DNA of 62,066 nt, filler included. It is 5 parts of 5 records of this genome, joined end to end, with 100 filler letters (N's around TTAATTAATTAA, not from the genome) between each part and the next. Parts side by side here need not be neighbours in the genome. Positions count along the whole stretch, not along the records: positions 1 to 22,461 come from DRR723986_7710; 4 more parts are not named here. One strand, given 5' to 3'. Made by a program: the position numbers and the translations under genes. Of this stretch, positions 1-9,198 are shown piece by piece; the stretch's first letter is position 1; the number at the start of each line of letters is the position of its first letter. The notes beneath the pieces were generated by a model, which was given only the letters and a program-made list of their open reading frames with translations, made no database searches and was not told the origin of the DNA.

Positions 1-138
1 CCCGCCATAAATTATCGACATCGCTGATTGCTCTCGCTAAAGTCAGCGCGAATCCTAGAAACTAGTTTGGGTTTCTTTGTTATGGTGTAAGGCGTTGCCA
101 ATCATTAGTGGTTGGTGCCAGTGAGTGGAGTTATTGAG

Positions 139-1995
139 ATGGGACAGTATCGGTCAAAAACGACAACACACGGTCGTAATATGGCGGGTGCCCGTGCATT
201 GTGGCGCGCCACGGGCATGACAGATGATGACTTTAACAAACCCATTATTGCGGTTGCCAACAGTTTCACGCAGTTTGTGCCTGGCCATGTGCACCTGAAA
301 GATATGGGGCAACTTGTTGCCCGCGAAATTGAAGCCGCTGGCGGCGTTGCCAAGGAGTTTAATACTATTGCCGTTGATGATGGTATCGCCATGGGCCATG
401 ACGGCATGCTGTATAGCTTGCCCAGCCGGGAAATTATCGCTGACAGTGTGGAATATATGGCCAATGCCCACTGCGCTGATGCGTTGGTGTGCATTTCCAA
501 TTGCGACAAGATAACCCCGGGCATGTTAATGGCCGCCATGCGGCTCAATATTCCGGCAGTTTTTGTCTCCGGTGGGCCGATGGAAGCGGGCGAAGATGAC
601 TATGAAGGCGTAGAGCGCAAGCTTGACTTGGTCGATGCCATGGTTGAAGCCGCTGATCCAACCATCTCGGATGAAGACGTTGACCGCATAGAGCGGGCCG
701 CTTGCCCCACATGTGGGTCTTGCAGTGGTATGTTTACGGCAAACAGCATGAACTGCTTAACTGAAGCTCTTGGCCTTTCGCTGCCGGGTAACGGCACAAC
801 GCTCGCTACTCATTCTGATCGCAAGTCCCTGTTTTTGACAGCCGCGCGGCTAATCGTGAAAATTACCCGGCGGTATTATGAGCAAGATGATGCAAGTGTG
901 CTACCGCGCTCGGTCGCAAATTTCGCAGCTTACGAGAATGCCATGTCCCTTGATATTGCCATGGGCGGCTCCACCAACACCGTGCTGCATTTGCTTGCCT
1001 CGGCGCTGGAGGGTGAAATTGATTTCACCATGGATGACATTGACCGGTTGTCCCGCCGGGTTCCCAACTTGTGTAAAGTGGCGCCTGCAACACCTGACTA
1101 TCACATTCAGGATGTACACCGTGCGGGCGGAGTGTACGGTATTTTGGCTGAGCTGCATAAAGCAGGGCTTTTGAACGGAGACTGTTCAACCGTTCACACC
1201 CCCACAATGGCTGAGGCGATTGAGCGTTTTGATGTCACCACCAGCGATGACGAAGAACTAAAGCAGTTTTTCCGAGCGGGGCCGGGCGGTGTGCCAACGC
1301 AAACCGCTTTCAGCCAAAGCCGACGCTTCAAAACCCTTGATACGGACCGCGAAAACGGCTGTATCCGCTCCAAAGAACACGCCTACAGCCAAGATGGTGG
1401 TTTGGCCGTTCTGTTCGGTAATATCGCCGAAGATGGCTGCATTGTTAAAACCGCAGGCGTTGATGAAAGTATCTGGAAATTTTCGGGCAGGGCGCGGGTG
1501 TTTGAGAGTCAGGATGCATCGGTTGCGGCTATTCTTGGCGGAGATATAAAAGCGGGGGATGTGGTGGTCATTCGCTATGAAGGGCCACGCGGCGGCCCGG
1601 GTATGCAGGAAATGCTCTATCCAACCAGCTATTTGAAATCAATGGGCCTAGGCAAAGAATGCGCGCTGGTGACAGATGGTCGTTTTTCCGGTGGCACCAG
1701 TGGTCTTTCTATTGGCCATGCCAGCCCTGAAGCAGCAGAAGGCGGGGCAATCGCGCTGATTGAAGAGGGTGATATGATTGATATTGATATCCCTAACCGG
1801 TCTATAAACGTGCGGGTAAGTGACGAAGTATTGGCTGGTCGCCGTAAAGCGCAGGAAGCTAAAGGTAAAGACGCTTGGAAACCTGCGACATCAAGGCCGC
1901 GTATGATAACCAAGGCCTTGCGCGCTTATGCGGCCATGACAACATCAGCCAGCAAGGGTGCAATTCGCGAGGTTCCGGACGGTCATTCAAGATAG
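139..1995 (+). CDS. ilvD: dihydroxy-acid dehydratase
   Basis: N-terminus [48 protein letters not shown] and TDGRFSG motifs; start moved to ATG 139 behind GGAG RBS. Confidence 0.97.
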   Translation: MGQYRSKTTTHGRNMAGARALWRATGMTDDDFNKPIIAVANSFTQFVPGHVHLKDMGQLVAREIEAAGGVAKEFNTIAVDDGIAMGHDGMLYSLPSREIIADSVEYMANAHCADALVCISNCDKITPGMLMAAMRLNIPAVFVSGGPMEAGEDDYEGVERKLDLVDAMVEAADPTISDEDVDRIERAACPTCGSCSGMFTANSMNCLTEALGLSLPGNGTTLATHSDRKSLFLTAARLIVKITRRYYEQDDASVLPRSVANFAAYENAMSLDIAMGGSTNTVLHLLASALEGEIDFTMDDIDRLSRRVPNLCKVAPATPDYHIQDVHRAGGVYGILAELHKAGLLNGDCSTVHTPTMAEAIERFDVTTSDDEELKQFFRAGPGGVPTQTAFSQSRRFKTLDTDRENGCIRSKEHAYSQDGGLAVLFGNIAEDGCIVKTAGVDESIWKFSGRARVFESQDASVAAILGGDIKAGDVVVIRYEGPRGGPGMQEMLYPTSYLKSMGLGKECALVTDGRFSGGTSGLSIGHASPEAAEGGAIALIEEGDMIDIDIPNRSINVRVSDEVLAGRRKAQEAKGKDAWKPATSRPRMITKALRAYAAMTTSASKGAIREVPDGHSR

Positions 1996-2015
1996 GACGG
2001 TCATTGAAGATAGGA
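1977..2015 (+). repeat. 18-bp tandem duplication across the ilvD stop codon
   Basis: GGACGGTCATTCAAGATA (1977-1994), GGACGGTCATTGAAGATA (1995-2012), then GGA. Confidence 0.85.
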
Positions 2016-2115
2016 AGTAGTATGCCTTAAAATTTTGAAGGCAGCAATTTTCAATCAAGGCTTGCAATTCTTCGTTTTGACAGTAGCGTCTTAGTAACAA
2101 ATATAGGGGGTTTGC

Positions 2116-2994
2116 ATGGCGGAAAAATTTCCAACATTAGATGTGGTTAAACAATCATCAAAGCAGATGTTTTCGTTTTCAAAAGGCATTGCGATAACCC
2201 TAGGCATGTTTGCCGCGTTGTTGATTTTAATATTTGCCATCTTTTCGATCGCATTTGCAGATATCGACATGGCGGCTTTGGAAGCCGCTATGAACGGTGA
2301 TATTGGCGCTTTGCCAGCTTCAAATACTGGTGGTAGTCCCGTTGCTGCCCTAGTGATGCTATTTGGGATTCTTGGTTTTTTTGTTGCCTATGCTTGGGTA
2401 TTTAATATGTGGATCCGCTTTGGCGCCTTTGGGCCCCAGGGGGCACTTTTTAATAGCGTTGGAGCAGGTATCGGTGCAGCCGTTATAACGGCCATTAAGT
2501 TATTTTTCATCTCCATATTTCTCGGTATCGTGGCGATTGTCTTTATGCTGGTTTTGGCGGCATTGGGTATTGTTTCACTGGATACAGCGGATGCATTGAA
2601 CACGTCTGTTACCGAAATCATGATGTCGAACTTAATCTCCATAGGTGTTATCAGTGGGGTATATTCTCTGTTTTCCAGCAACTTAACCCAAACAGCCTTG
2701 GGTACGGATGCAGAAGAGATTGGCCCACCTCATGTGTTTGAATTTGGCCTTGTGCTTTTTGCCCTTAATGCGGCGCTGCTTATTCCGTTAGCCCTGCTGC
2801 AACTGGTTATGCCTGTCTGGATTGTTTTTATTCTGCAATTTGTTGGTGGATTTTGGCTCACGGCTGCTGTGCCTTTGGCACACGGCATTCGTTATGACTG
2901 GCAAAGACAGGTTTTTGCGGGCGAAACAGCTGCGCAGCAATTTAGCTTGAGCGCAGATGATCAACAACACCCTGACGACGAAGGAAATCCATAA
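2116..2994 (+). CDS. hypothetical polytopic membrane protein (about 6 TM segments)
   Basis: 292-aa ORF with several long hydrophobic stretches; G-rich RBS upstream; no family recognised. Confidence 0.8.
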   Translation: MAEKFPTLDVVKQSSKQMFSFSKGIAITLGMFAALLILIFAIFSIAFADIDMAALEAAMNGDIGALPASNTGGSPVAALVMLFGILGFFVAYAWVFNMWIRFGAFGPQGALFNSVGAGIGAAVITAIKLFFISIFLGIVAIVFMLVLAALGIVSLDTADALNTSVTEIMMSNLISIGVISGVYSLFSSNLTQTALGTDAEEIGPPHVFEFGLVLFALNAALLIPLALLQLVMPVWIVFILQFVGGFWLTAAVPLAHGIRYDWQRQVFAGETAAQQFSLSADDQQHPDDEGNP

Positions 2995-3080
2995 AATTTT
3001 AGGATAAGCTGAAGTAACCTTTCGCTTTTTCTAAACGCTTACCGTGCATACTGCCGCTTCATTCAATGGAGTTGGCAGCC

Positions 3081-3695
3081 ATGAAAAGTTTAATAGTAAC
3101 GACCATTTTGTGGTGGGTTTTTGGGGTTTCTACCGTTACCGCGCAGGACGTGGATTTTGGTAGCTTAATGGGGCAAACACCTTATGAAAGCCCTAGCTGT
3201 ACTGGCAGTGATTTTCACGAGCTAGATTTCATGCACGGTGTGTGGGACATGAAAATTCTGGTTGATGGTCGGTGGGTTGAGGGCGGCTTTTCTGTTCATC
3301 GGCCTGCGCTTGGTGGTTGTGCGTCGTTCGAAATTGTTTCTTATGAAAACTGGGGCGAGTTTTACCGGCCTCTCACGGGGCGCACGGGTGTTGGCGCGTT
3401 TGCGATTAACTCTTATGATCGCAAGCAGCATAACTGGCGACAAGTGTGGATTGATGATATGGGCACTGTTGTCACCAGTTTTCGCGGTAAAAAATTCAAA
3501 GATGGCATTCGTTTCGTTGGCCATGCACCGCGCAATGAAGGCTCGGAACTTCAAAGGTTTGAATGGAAAATAACCGGTGAGGGGCTACGCGAATTTATTT
3601 ATGAGCAATCCACCGACGGTGGCCAAAAATGGACCCGTATTGCAACTGTGCAAATGGTTGAGCGGGAAGTTCAGCAGCAAACAAGCGGTAACTGA
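3081..3695 (+). CDS. secreted hypothetical protein, DUF1579-like
   Basis: Signal peptide MKSLIV...VTA; 'C....FHELDFMHGVWD', 'YD....WRQVWID' and 'EQSTDGGQKW' pattern; GGAG RBS favours ATG 3081 over 3066. Confidence 0.65.
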   Translation: MKSLIVTTILWWVFGVSTVTAQDVDFGSLMGQTPYESPSCTGSDFHELDFMHGVWDMKILVDGRWVEGGFSVHRPALGGCASFEIVSYENWGEFYRPLTGRTGVGAFAINSYDRKQHNWRQVWIDDMGTVVTSFRGKKFKDGIRFVGHAPRNEGSELQRFEWKITGEGLREFIYEQSTDGGQKWTRIATVQMVEREVQQQTSGN

Positions 3696-3701
3696 TACGA
3701 T

Positions 3702-4487
3702 CTAAATAGCTAATTCTATCCAAACGGGCGTGTGGTCGCTGGGCTTTTCTTTGCCGCGAGGGATGCGGTCAACTTGTGCGTCAACCAGCCGGTCTGCAGC
3801 TTGAGCTGACAGCAGCAAATGGTCAATGCGAATACCGTGGTCTTTTTGCCAGGCACCGCGCTGGAAATCCCAGTAGCTGTAGGCGGGGCTATGGGGCTGT
3901 ATTTGGCGCAAGGCATCAGTGTAACCAAGGTTAATCATAGCGCGCAGGTAGCCTCGGCTTTCTGGTTGGGTTAGGGCGTCTTCAACCCATGCGCCTGGGT
4001 TATGGCAATCCACATCTTCCGGGATCACATTGTAATCTCCGGCGAGCACGGTTGGCATTTCGCTTGCCAGCAACCGTTTGGCTTGTGCGCATAGCCGTTC
4101 CATCCATGCCAGTTTATAATCAAACTTAGGGCCGGGGCGCGGGTTACCGTTTGGTAGGTAAATTGTTGCAATGCGAACACCGCGCACAGTGGCTTCCATA
4201 TAGCGGGCCTGCTCGTCCTCAACGGCCTCGCTACCGTCAACGGCGGGCAAGCGGCGCATAACGTCTTCAATCGGCTCTTTGGACAATATCGCAACACCGT
4301 TGAATGCTTTTTGGCCGTGGGTTTCCACATTCCAGCCGCGCTCTTCAAATTCCAGCCTGGGGAAGTTTTCATCGATGCTTTTAATTTCCTGCAGGCAGGC
4401 AACGTCTGGCGCAAATTCATCCAGCCATTCCAGAAGGCGTGGCAGGCGGGCTTTTATACCATTAATGTTGAAGGTCGCGATTTTCAC
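3702..4487 (-). CDS. xth: exodeoxyribonuclease III
   Basis: MKIATFNINGIKAR, LQEIK, GDYN, RIDH and SDHTP motifs. Confidence 0.96.
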   Translation of the reverse strand: MKIATFNINGIKARLPRLLEWLDEFAPDVACLQEIKSIDENFPRLEFEERGWNVETHGQKAFNGVAILSKEPIEDVMRRLPAVDGSEAVEDEQARYMEATVRGVRIATIYLPNGNPRPGPKFDYKLAWMERLCAQAKRLLASEMPTVLAGDYNVIPEDVDCHNPGAWVEDALTQPESRGYLRAMINLGYTDALRQIQPHSPAYSYWDFQRGAWQKDHGIRIDHLLLSAQAADRLVDAQVDRIPRGKEKPSDHTPVWIELAI

Positions 4488-4593
4488 AAAATAGTCCCTT
4501 ATTTGCAGAGCATTTCAGACAGCAGAATAGGGGTGTTGTCGCTATTGTCTAGCGGTGTTTGGATTAAAATGTGTCAGATTAAATTATGCTAGA

Positions 4594-4968
4594 TTATATT
4601 GAAAAAGACGAACCACATCCGCAAGACGAACTCGCGTTAGGGTTAACCACTTGGAATGACGCTCCAACAAGGTCTTCCACATAGTCAACTTCGGACCCCA
4701 TCAAATACAGTAGAGACATTGAGTCGACCAGCAAGGTCACGCCGTCGCGCTCTACAACAATATCATCACCCTTTTGCGCTTCGTCAAAGTCAAAGCCATA
4801 TTGAAAGCCGCTGCATCCGCCGCCAGAAACTGTCAGGCGTAATTTAAGGTCAGGGTTGCCTTGCTGTTCAATTAGCGTTGATACACGTGCGGCTGCGCGT
4901 TCGCTCAGGCCAACGGGTGCTGCCTTCGCTGTTGATTGATCAGAGGATGTTTGCGATTCAGTCATCAA
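4594..4968 (-). CDS. erpA: A-type Fe-S carrier (ErpA/IscA/HesB family)
   Basis: GGGCSGFQY and C-terminal [14 protein letters not shown]; adjacent to xth as in other Alphaproteobacteria. Confidence 0.92.
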   Translation of the reverse strand: MMTESQTSSDQSTAKAAPVGLSERAAARVSTLIEQQGNPDLKLRLTVSGGGCSGFQYGFDFDEAQKGDDIVVERDGVTLLVDSMSLLYLMGSEVDYVEDLVGASFQVVNPNASSSCGCGSSFSI

Positions 4969-5096
4969 TATCTTCCAAATGCCGCTATAGGCAGAACTCT
5001 ATGTAGGGTTGGTACTGCTAAAGGTCAATTCCAATCATAGCATATTTTCTTCTCTTTTCGGGAGACTTTCTGATCTCAGCCAGTGTCTGGCTACCG

Positions 5097-5783
5097 TTAT
5101 TTCGACAGATATTGAACTTCTTCACTGTCCGCCAACGGCTGCATAGACGCTATAAAACTGCTTAACAGATCATCAGAATCAGCGCCTGCCGGGAAATAAG
5201 CTGCTTCACCGGGAACCTTAAATAACGCAATAACCTGCCAGTTAGCTTCAGGCTTACACGCCAAGCCAACTTGCTTGACACCGTCGTTCAATTGAAAAGA
5301 GCGGCAGAAAACACCGTTTGAATCCAGATAGCTATCACCGATTTCGGTTGTATTGCTTTTTGCGCCGTCCGCCATGGTGTTGAGTGCGGTAAGTGTGTGC
5401 TCGGGCAGGGATGCACTTGAAGACTGTGGCTGAAGAAAAAATACTGACGCCATAACGATAACGGCAAGCGATGCGGCAATAGCAAAAGGCTGAAACAATA
5501 GGCGCCGCGTTGTCTTGGGGTTTTGGGCGGCATTAATCGGCACCACAGTTTCTGGCTGTTGCAGCATATCTATAATTTCAGCAGGAACATCTTTTTCAAG
5601 AATGCCATCAATGGCGGTGTTCACTTTGTCCGATAGGACTTGGTTGGTTTTTGATGAAAGGCTGTGAACTCGAACACACAGGTCTGGGTTTTCGTTTAAC
5701 ATGGCCTCAATCTCCACTGCCTCGCTTTCTGGCAAGTTACCGGCGATAAACGCTTCAAGTTTTTCGTCACTGATTTCAGTCAT
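5097..5783 (-). CDS. membrane-anchored anti-sigma factor
   Basis: Starts 3 nt after the ECF sigma gene; N-terminal ISDEKLEAFIAGNL anti-sigma-like helix, one TM (AIAASLAVIVMASVFF), periplasmic domain with FCRSF...LAC. Confidence 0.85.
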   Translation of the reverse strand: MTEISDEKLEAFIAGNLPESEAVEIEAMLNENPDLCVRVHSLSSKTNQVLSDKVNTAIDGILEKDVPAEIIDMLQQPETVVPINAAQNPKTTRRLLFQPFAIAASLAVIVMASVFFLQPQSSSASLPEHTLTALNTMADGAKSNTTEIGDSYLDSNGVFCRSFQLNDGVKQVGLACKPEANWQVIALFKVPGEAAYFPAGADSDDLLSSFIASMQPLADSEEVQYLSK

Positions 5784-5786
5784 TTC

Positions 5787-6290
5787 TTATCTCAACTCTT
5801 CTGCGTAACTTTGCAGGGTTTTGCGGGCCCTAAATAACCGGCTCATAATTGTACCGATAGGAATATCAAGCATGGCGGCGGCTTCTTCATAGGTTTGTCC
5901 ATCAACCAAAACACATGCCACCACAATTCTTTGTGTTTCCGGCAGGTTAGCGATAACAGTCATTATCTTATGCGCTGCACTACGCCTTTCCAGTGTTTCA
6001 ACACCATCTTCGCCGACAATATCATGCCTCTCATCAATCAATTCTGTGCTGCCACGACGGGCTTGTTTGCGCTTTTGGTCGATGAAGTGGTTTTGCATTA
6101 TTTTAAATAGCCAGCTTTCCAGTCTGAATTCCTGTCGGTAGCTAGAGCGCTGGGCCAATGCCTTTTCCACCGTGGCTTGCAGTAGGTCGTCGGCATCTGC
6201 CAAATTGCCCGTTAGCGTTACCGCAAATCGACGCAGTCTGGGGATTAGATCTATGATCTGTTGTTGAAACCCGCTCACGTTCGCTCCCAT
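5787..6290 (-). CDS. ECF RNA polymerase sigma factor
   Basis: 167 aa; region 2 LRRFA..LTG...DADDLLQ and SWLFKI..NHFID; region 4 TYEEAAAMLDIPIGTIMSRLFRAR. Confidence 0.95.
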   Translation of the reverse strand: MGANVSGFQQQIIDLIPRLRRFAVTLTGNLADADDLLQATVEKALAQRSSYRQEFRLESWLFKIMQNHFIDQKRKQARRGSTELIDERHDIVGEDGVETLERRSAAHKIMTVIANLPETQRIVVACVLVDGQTYEEAAAMLDIPIGTIMSRLFRARKTLQSYAEELR

Positions 6291-6309
6291 CCAGGTGTCA
6301 CTATACCAC

Positions 6310-6334
6310 TACGCGCTGGTTTGCAGAATATTCC
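6310..6334 (-). promoter_or_regulatory. putative ECF promoter of the sigma/anti-sigma operon (autoregulatory)
   Basis: Minus strand GGAATA-TTCTGCAAACCAGCG-CGTA, ending about 20 nt upstream of the sigma ATG. Confidence 0.7.
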
Positions 6335-6341
6335 ATTGCAT

Positions 6342-6373
6342 CTATAATAATTCCATAAAGGGAATAATTATAG
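6342..6373. promoter_or_regulatory. 13-bp inverted repeat between divergent promoters
   Basis: CTATAATAATTCC-ataaag-GGAATAATTATAG (one mismatch); the right arm contains the protease -35 element. Confidence 0.5.
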
Positions 6374-6385
6374 CCATGCGGCGTA
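6361..6385 (+). promoter_or_regulatory. putative ECF promoter of the S8 peptidase
   Basis: GGAATA-ATTATAGCCATGCGG-CGTA; same motif and spacing as the sigma promoter. Confidence 0.7.
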
Positions 6386-6417
6386 TTCATACTTTCTGGT
6401 TTCAGAAGGGACTGCCG

Positions 6418-7872
6418 ATGAAATTCTTACTAAAGGCCCTTAAGTATTTTTGGCAAAAACTATTGGTTTTAAGCCTTTGTTTTAGTGCAATAGCTGTATC
6501 CGGATCGGGTTCAGCCTATGGTCAACCCGTTGCAAATTCAGGGTCAGCCATTATTTCGTTGGTTGGTTTGCAAGCGCGGCCTAACAGGCCGGTTCGACCG
6601 GTGCGCCCGGCACCCAGACCTCAGCGTCCTGCCACACGCCCATCCGCGCCCATACGACAGCCCAGCGCAGACGTAATTGTAAATGACCGTGCGCTGCAGG
6701 CGCGTATGCAAAAAATTGAACGCGCATCTGACCGGCTAGTGGCCCGCACACGCGAAGCTCTTGAAGATGGAAAAAAAGCCACACGGCTGGTAAGTCGCCT
6801 GCAAGAAACTTATGGATTGACCTTTGTTGATATCAGGGGCCGATTTCAACTTGTACGCTACCGAGAGATTATCGGCGTTAATTTGAGCCAAGTAGACTTG
6901 GCGGCTGCGGGGAAGGCTGGTTTTAAACGCTACAGGGCAACAAATTTACCCACAACAACCCTAAAGCTCGATTTACTGCAAGTACCGGAAAATATGCCAA
7001 TGCAAGAGGTTATGGCGCGTCTTAAGGCTGCAGGCGCCACAGGTCTATTCACTTACAATTCGGTATATTTTCCGGCAGGCGTTGCTCGCGCTGAATTGCA
7101 GCAGGCAACACCAAGTGTACCGAGGAAAACAAGCACTCAGATTGCTGGCAAGCATTTTATTGTTGGCATGATAGATACGGGTATTCACGACAAGCACAAA
7201 GCACTGAAATCTGCATCGATTACACAGGAAAACTTTGGGCGCGGTGATGAATTGACGCCGCGAAACCATGGTACGGCAGTTGCCTCAATCATGGTGGCAC
7301 ATGGCACGCCGTCTATATATCTGGCTGATGTTTTTTCTGGCCCAATATTGTTTTCAGATGTTGAATCCATTGTGCGTGCGCTGGATTGGCTTGCAGGACG
7401 CGGCCTCGGTGTGATCAATATGAGTTTGGCCGGTCCTGAAAACCCGCTTTTGGCTGCTGCGGTGGCGCAACTTTCTGGCAAGGGACATATCATCGTTGCG
7501 GCGGTTGGCAACAACGGCAAGAACGGTGATGCGCAATATCCAGCTTCATATCCTGCGGTTCTTGGGGTAACTGCTGTTGATGCGAAGCGCCGAATTTTCA
7601 AGGATGCCTATCAGGGTCAATCGGTTGATTATGCTGCGCGCGGCGTTAAAGTTCGTGCTGCTGCGCTTAGGGGGTCTAAAAAATATTCAGGCACTTCATT
7701 TGCCAGCCCTGTGGTTGCTGCTTTTCTTGCTGAAATATACCCGTCGCCTGACATGCTGAATGCCCGCAAGTCAATTAATGCTCTTAATGCACAGCTTGTC
7801 GATTTGGGAGAAAGGGGGCATGACCCTGTTTTCGGCTTCGGTTTTTTACCGACATCACAAGAAAACCCATAA
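6418..7872 (+). CDS. secreted S8 (subtilisin-like) serine peptidase
   Basis: Triad motifs IVGMIDTG, NHGTAVAS and SGTSFASP, oxyanion AAVGN; signal peptide; ATG 6418 follows AGAAGGGA (the ORF-track start at 6295 overlaps the promoters). Confidence 0.92.
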   Translation: MKFLLKALKYFWQKLLVLSLCFSAIAVSGSGSAYGQPVANSGSAIISLVGLQARPNRPVRPVRPAPRPQRPATRPSAPIRQPSADVIVNDRALQARMQKIERASDRLVARTREALEDGKKATRLVSRLQETYGLTFVDIRGRFQLVRYREIIGVNLSQVDLAAAGKAGFKRYRATNLPTTTLKLDLLQVPENMPMQEVMARLKAAGATGLFTYNSVYFPAGVARAELQQATPSVPRKTSTQIAGKHFIVGMIDTGIHDKHKALKSASITQENFGRGDELTPRNHGTAVASIMVAHGTPSIYLADVFSGPILFSDVESIVRALDWLAGRGLGVINMSLAGPENPLLAAAVAQLSGKGHIIVAAVGNNGKNGDAQYPASYPAVLGVTAVDAKRRIFKDAYQGQSVDYAARGVKVRAAALRGSKKYSGTSFASPVVAAFLAEIYPSPDMLNARKSINALNAQLVDLGERGHDPVFGFGFLPTSQENP

Positions 7873-7878
7873 AGCGAT

Positions 7879-7920
7879 AAAAAACCCGGGAAACCTTAGC
7901 ATCAACCATGGTGGCCCGGT
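7879..7920 (-). terminator. possible intrinsic terminator of the RTX gene transcript
   Basis: Minus strand ACCGGG...CCCGGG followed by T6; long imperfect interior. Confidence 0.35.
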
Positions 7921-7995
7921 GAGTTTAACCTGCGACAATATCACTGCGTCAACGTGGTAAGGGACAAGAACCGCACAATATTGCCTCAGGTGCTG

Positions 7996-8030
7996 GGTTC
8001 ACCCACGCACTGATAGTGCGCAGGTGAACC
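7996..8030. other. stable hairpin just 3' of the RTX gene
   Basis: GGTTCACC-ca-CGCACT-gat-AGTGCG-ca-GGTGAACC. Confidence 0.6.
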
Positions 8031-8046
8031 TTGGGGGGAGGGTGGC

Positions 8047-8925
8047 TTAGATAAACTCCACATCGGATGGTGTCAGAAGGTTGCCTAGCACCGTAATAGC
8101 GCCGACAATGGCTCCTTCATCAAGACCTTCTGCTGGCTCTGTTTGGCCAAAGGCGGGGCGCACAGGGTCTGAAAGGTCAATCAGCGATATGATGGTATAA
8201 TCATCGGCTCCATCTCCGTCGCTATCGCCGTAGCTGAAGCGCGCGCCCAGGTTATCGCCTTGAACTTGCAGGCGGTCGCCGTCTTCACGTGAGAAGTCAC
8301 GGATGCGATCGCGGCCAGTGCTTTGGCCAGATGCATTTTCGCTTGTGTAACCAAAGACGAAAATGTCGGCACCATCACCGCCGGTATAGCTGTCGTTACC
8401 GGCACTATCCACAAGCGTGTCTTGACCATTACCGCCGTGGAGCTTGTCATTGCCACCACCACCAAACAATATGTCGCCGCCGTCACCGCCGAAAAGCAGG
8501 TCATTGCCTGAACCGCCGTCAAGTTTATCAGCGCCGCTGCCGCCTGATAATTTGTCGTTGCCAGAACCACCGCGCACGAGATCATCTCCTGCGCCAGCGC
8601 GAACGCCGTCATTACCGCCCTTGGCCAAAATAACATCATCGCTGTTTGTTCCATAGAGAAAGTCGTCGCCCTCTGTGCCTTCGATTGTGTCGTTGCCGCC
8701 TCGTTCAGTTCCCGGTCGGATGGCGTCAGGACGAACAGCATCAGGGCGCAGGGTATCTGGCCGAACAACTTCTGGTCTTACAGGATCCGTATTGTCCGGC
8801 CGGTCACCGTCGTTTGTATCAGTGGGGCGAAGCGCAATCGGCTCTATTCCTCTAATGGAAACAGGGGTAGGGCCAGTAACGCCGGTAGCAATATTCAGGT
8901 CGGATAAATTTACACGTATCATCAT
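8047..8925 (-). CDS. RTX-type (hemolysin-type) calcium-binding repeat protein
   Basis: Run of GGxGxDxLx nonapeptides, then GADIFVF and DRIRDF...GDRL typical of T1SS substrates; no Sec signal; strong AAGGAGGA RBS (start may be 8922). Confidence 0.9.
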   Translation of the reverse strand: MMIRVNLSDLNIATGVTGPTPVSIRGIEPIALRPTDTNDGDRPDNTDPVRPEVVRPDTLRPDAVRPDAIRPGTERGGNDTIEGTEGDDFLYGTNSDDVILAKGGNDGVRAGAGDDLVRGGSGNDKLSGGSGADKLDGGSGNDLLFGGDGGDILFGGGGNDKLHGGNGQDTLVDSAGNDSYTGGDGADIFVFGYTSENASGQSTGRDRIRDFSREDGDRLQVQGDNLGARFSYGDSDGDGADDYTIISLIDLSDPVRPAFGQTEPAEGLDEGAIVGAITVLGNLLTPSDVEFI

Positions 8926-8973
8926 TGTCCTCCTTCAAAATTAACACCTGATTCTCTGGTGTGCTGAGAGGAC

Positions 8974-8999
8974 TACGCGTTCGGATGTTTTTCTATTCC
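8974..8999 (-). promoter_or_regulatory. putative ECF promoter of the RTX gene
   Basis: Minus strand GGAATA-GAAAAACATCCGAACG-CGTA, ending about 50 nt upstream of the start. Confidence 0.65.
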
Positions 9000-9198
9000 A
9001 CTTTGGCGCGATAAACTGTTAATTTTTACGTTTTGGAACGCTGAAACCTGATCTAGTTGGGTTTATTTTCGCGGGGAAGGCGAAAAGAATTGCCCTGCAT
9101 TATTGAGGGCGATAGTGTGCTGTTAAACGCGCCGGAAAACTGCCTGGCGACATATAAAATTAAACTTTGTGTGCCTTTTCAGGTGCCGGGAGATCACA

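Noticed and set aside
6295-6417. N-terminal extension of the S8 peptidase in the ORF track
   Set aside because: It overlaps both divergent promoters; the RBS and signal peptide fit ATG 6418.
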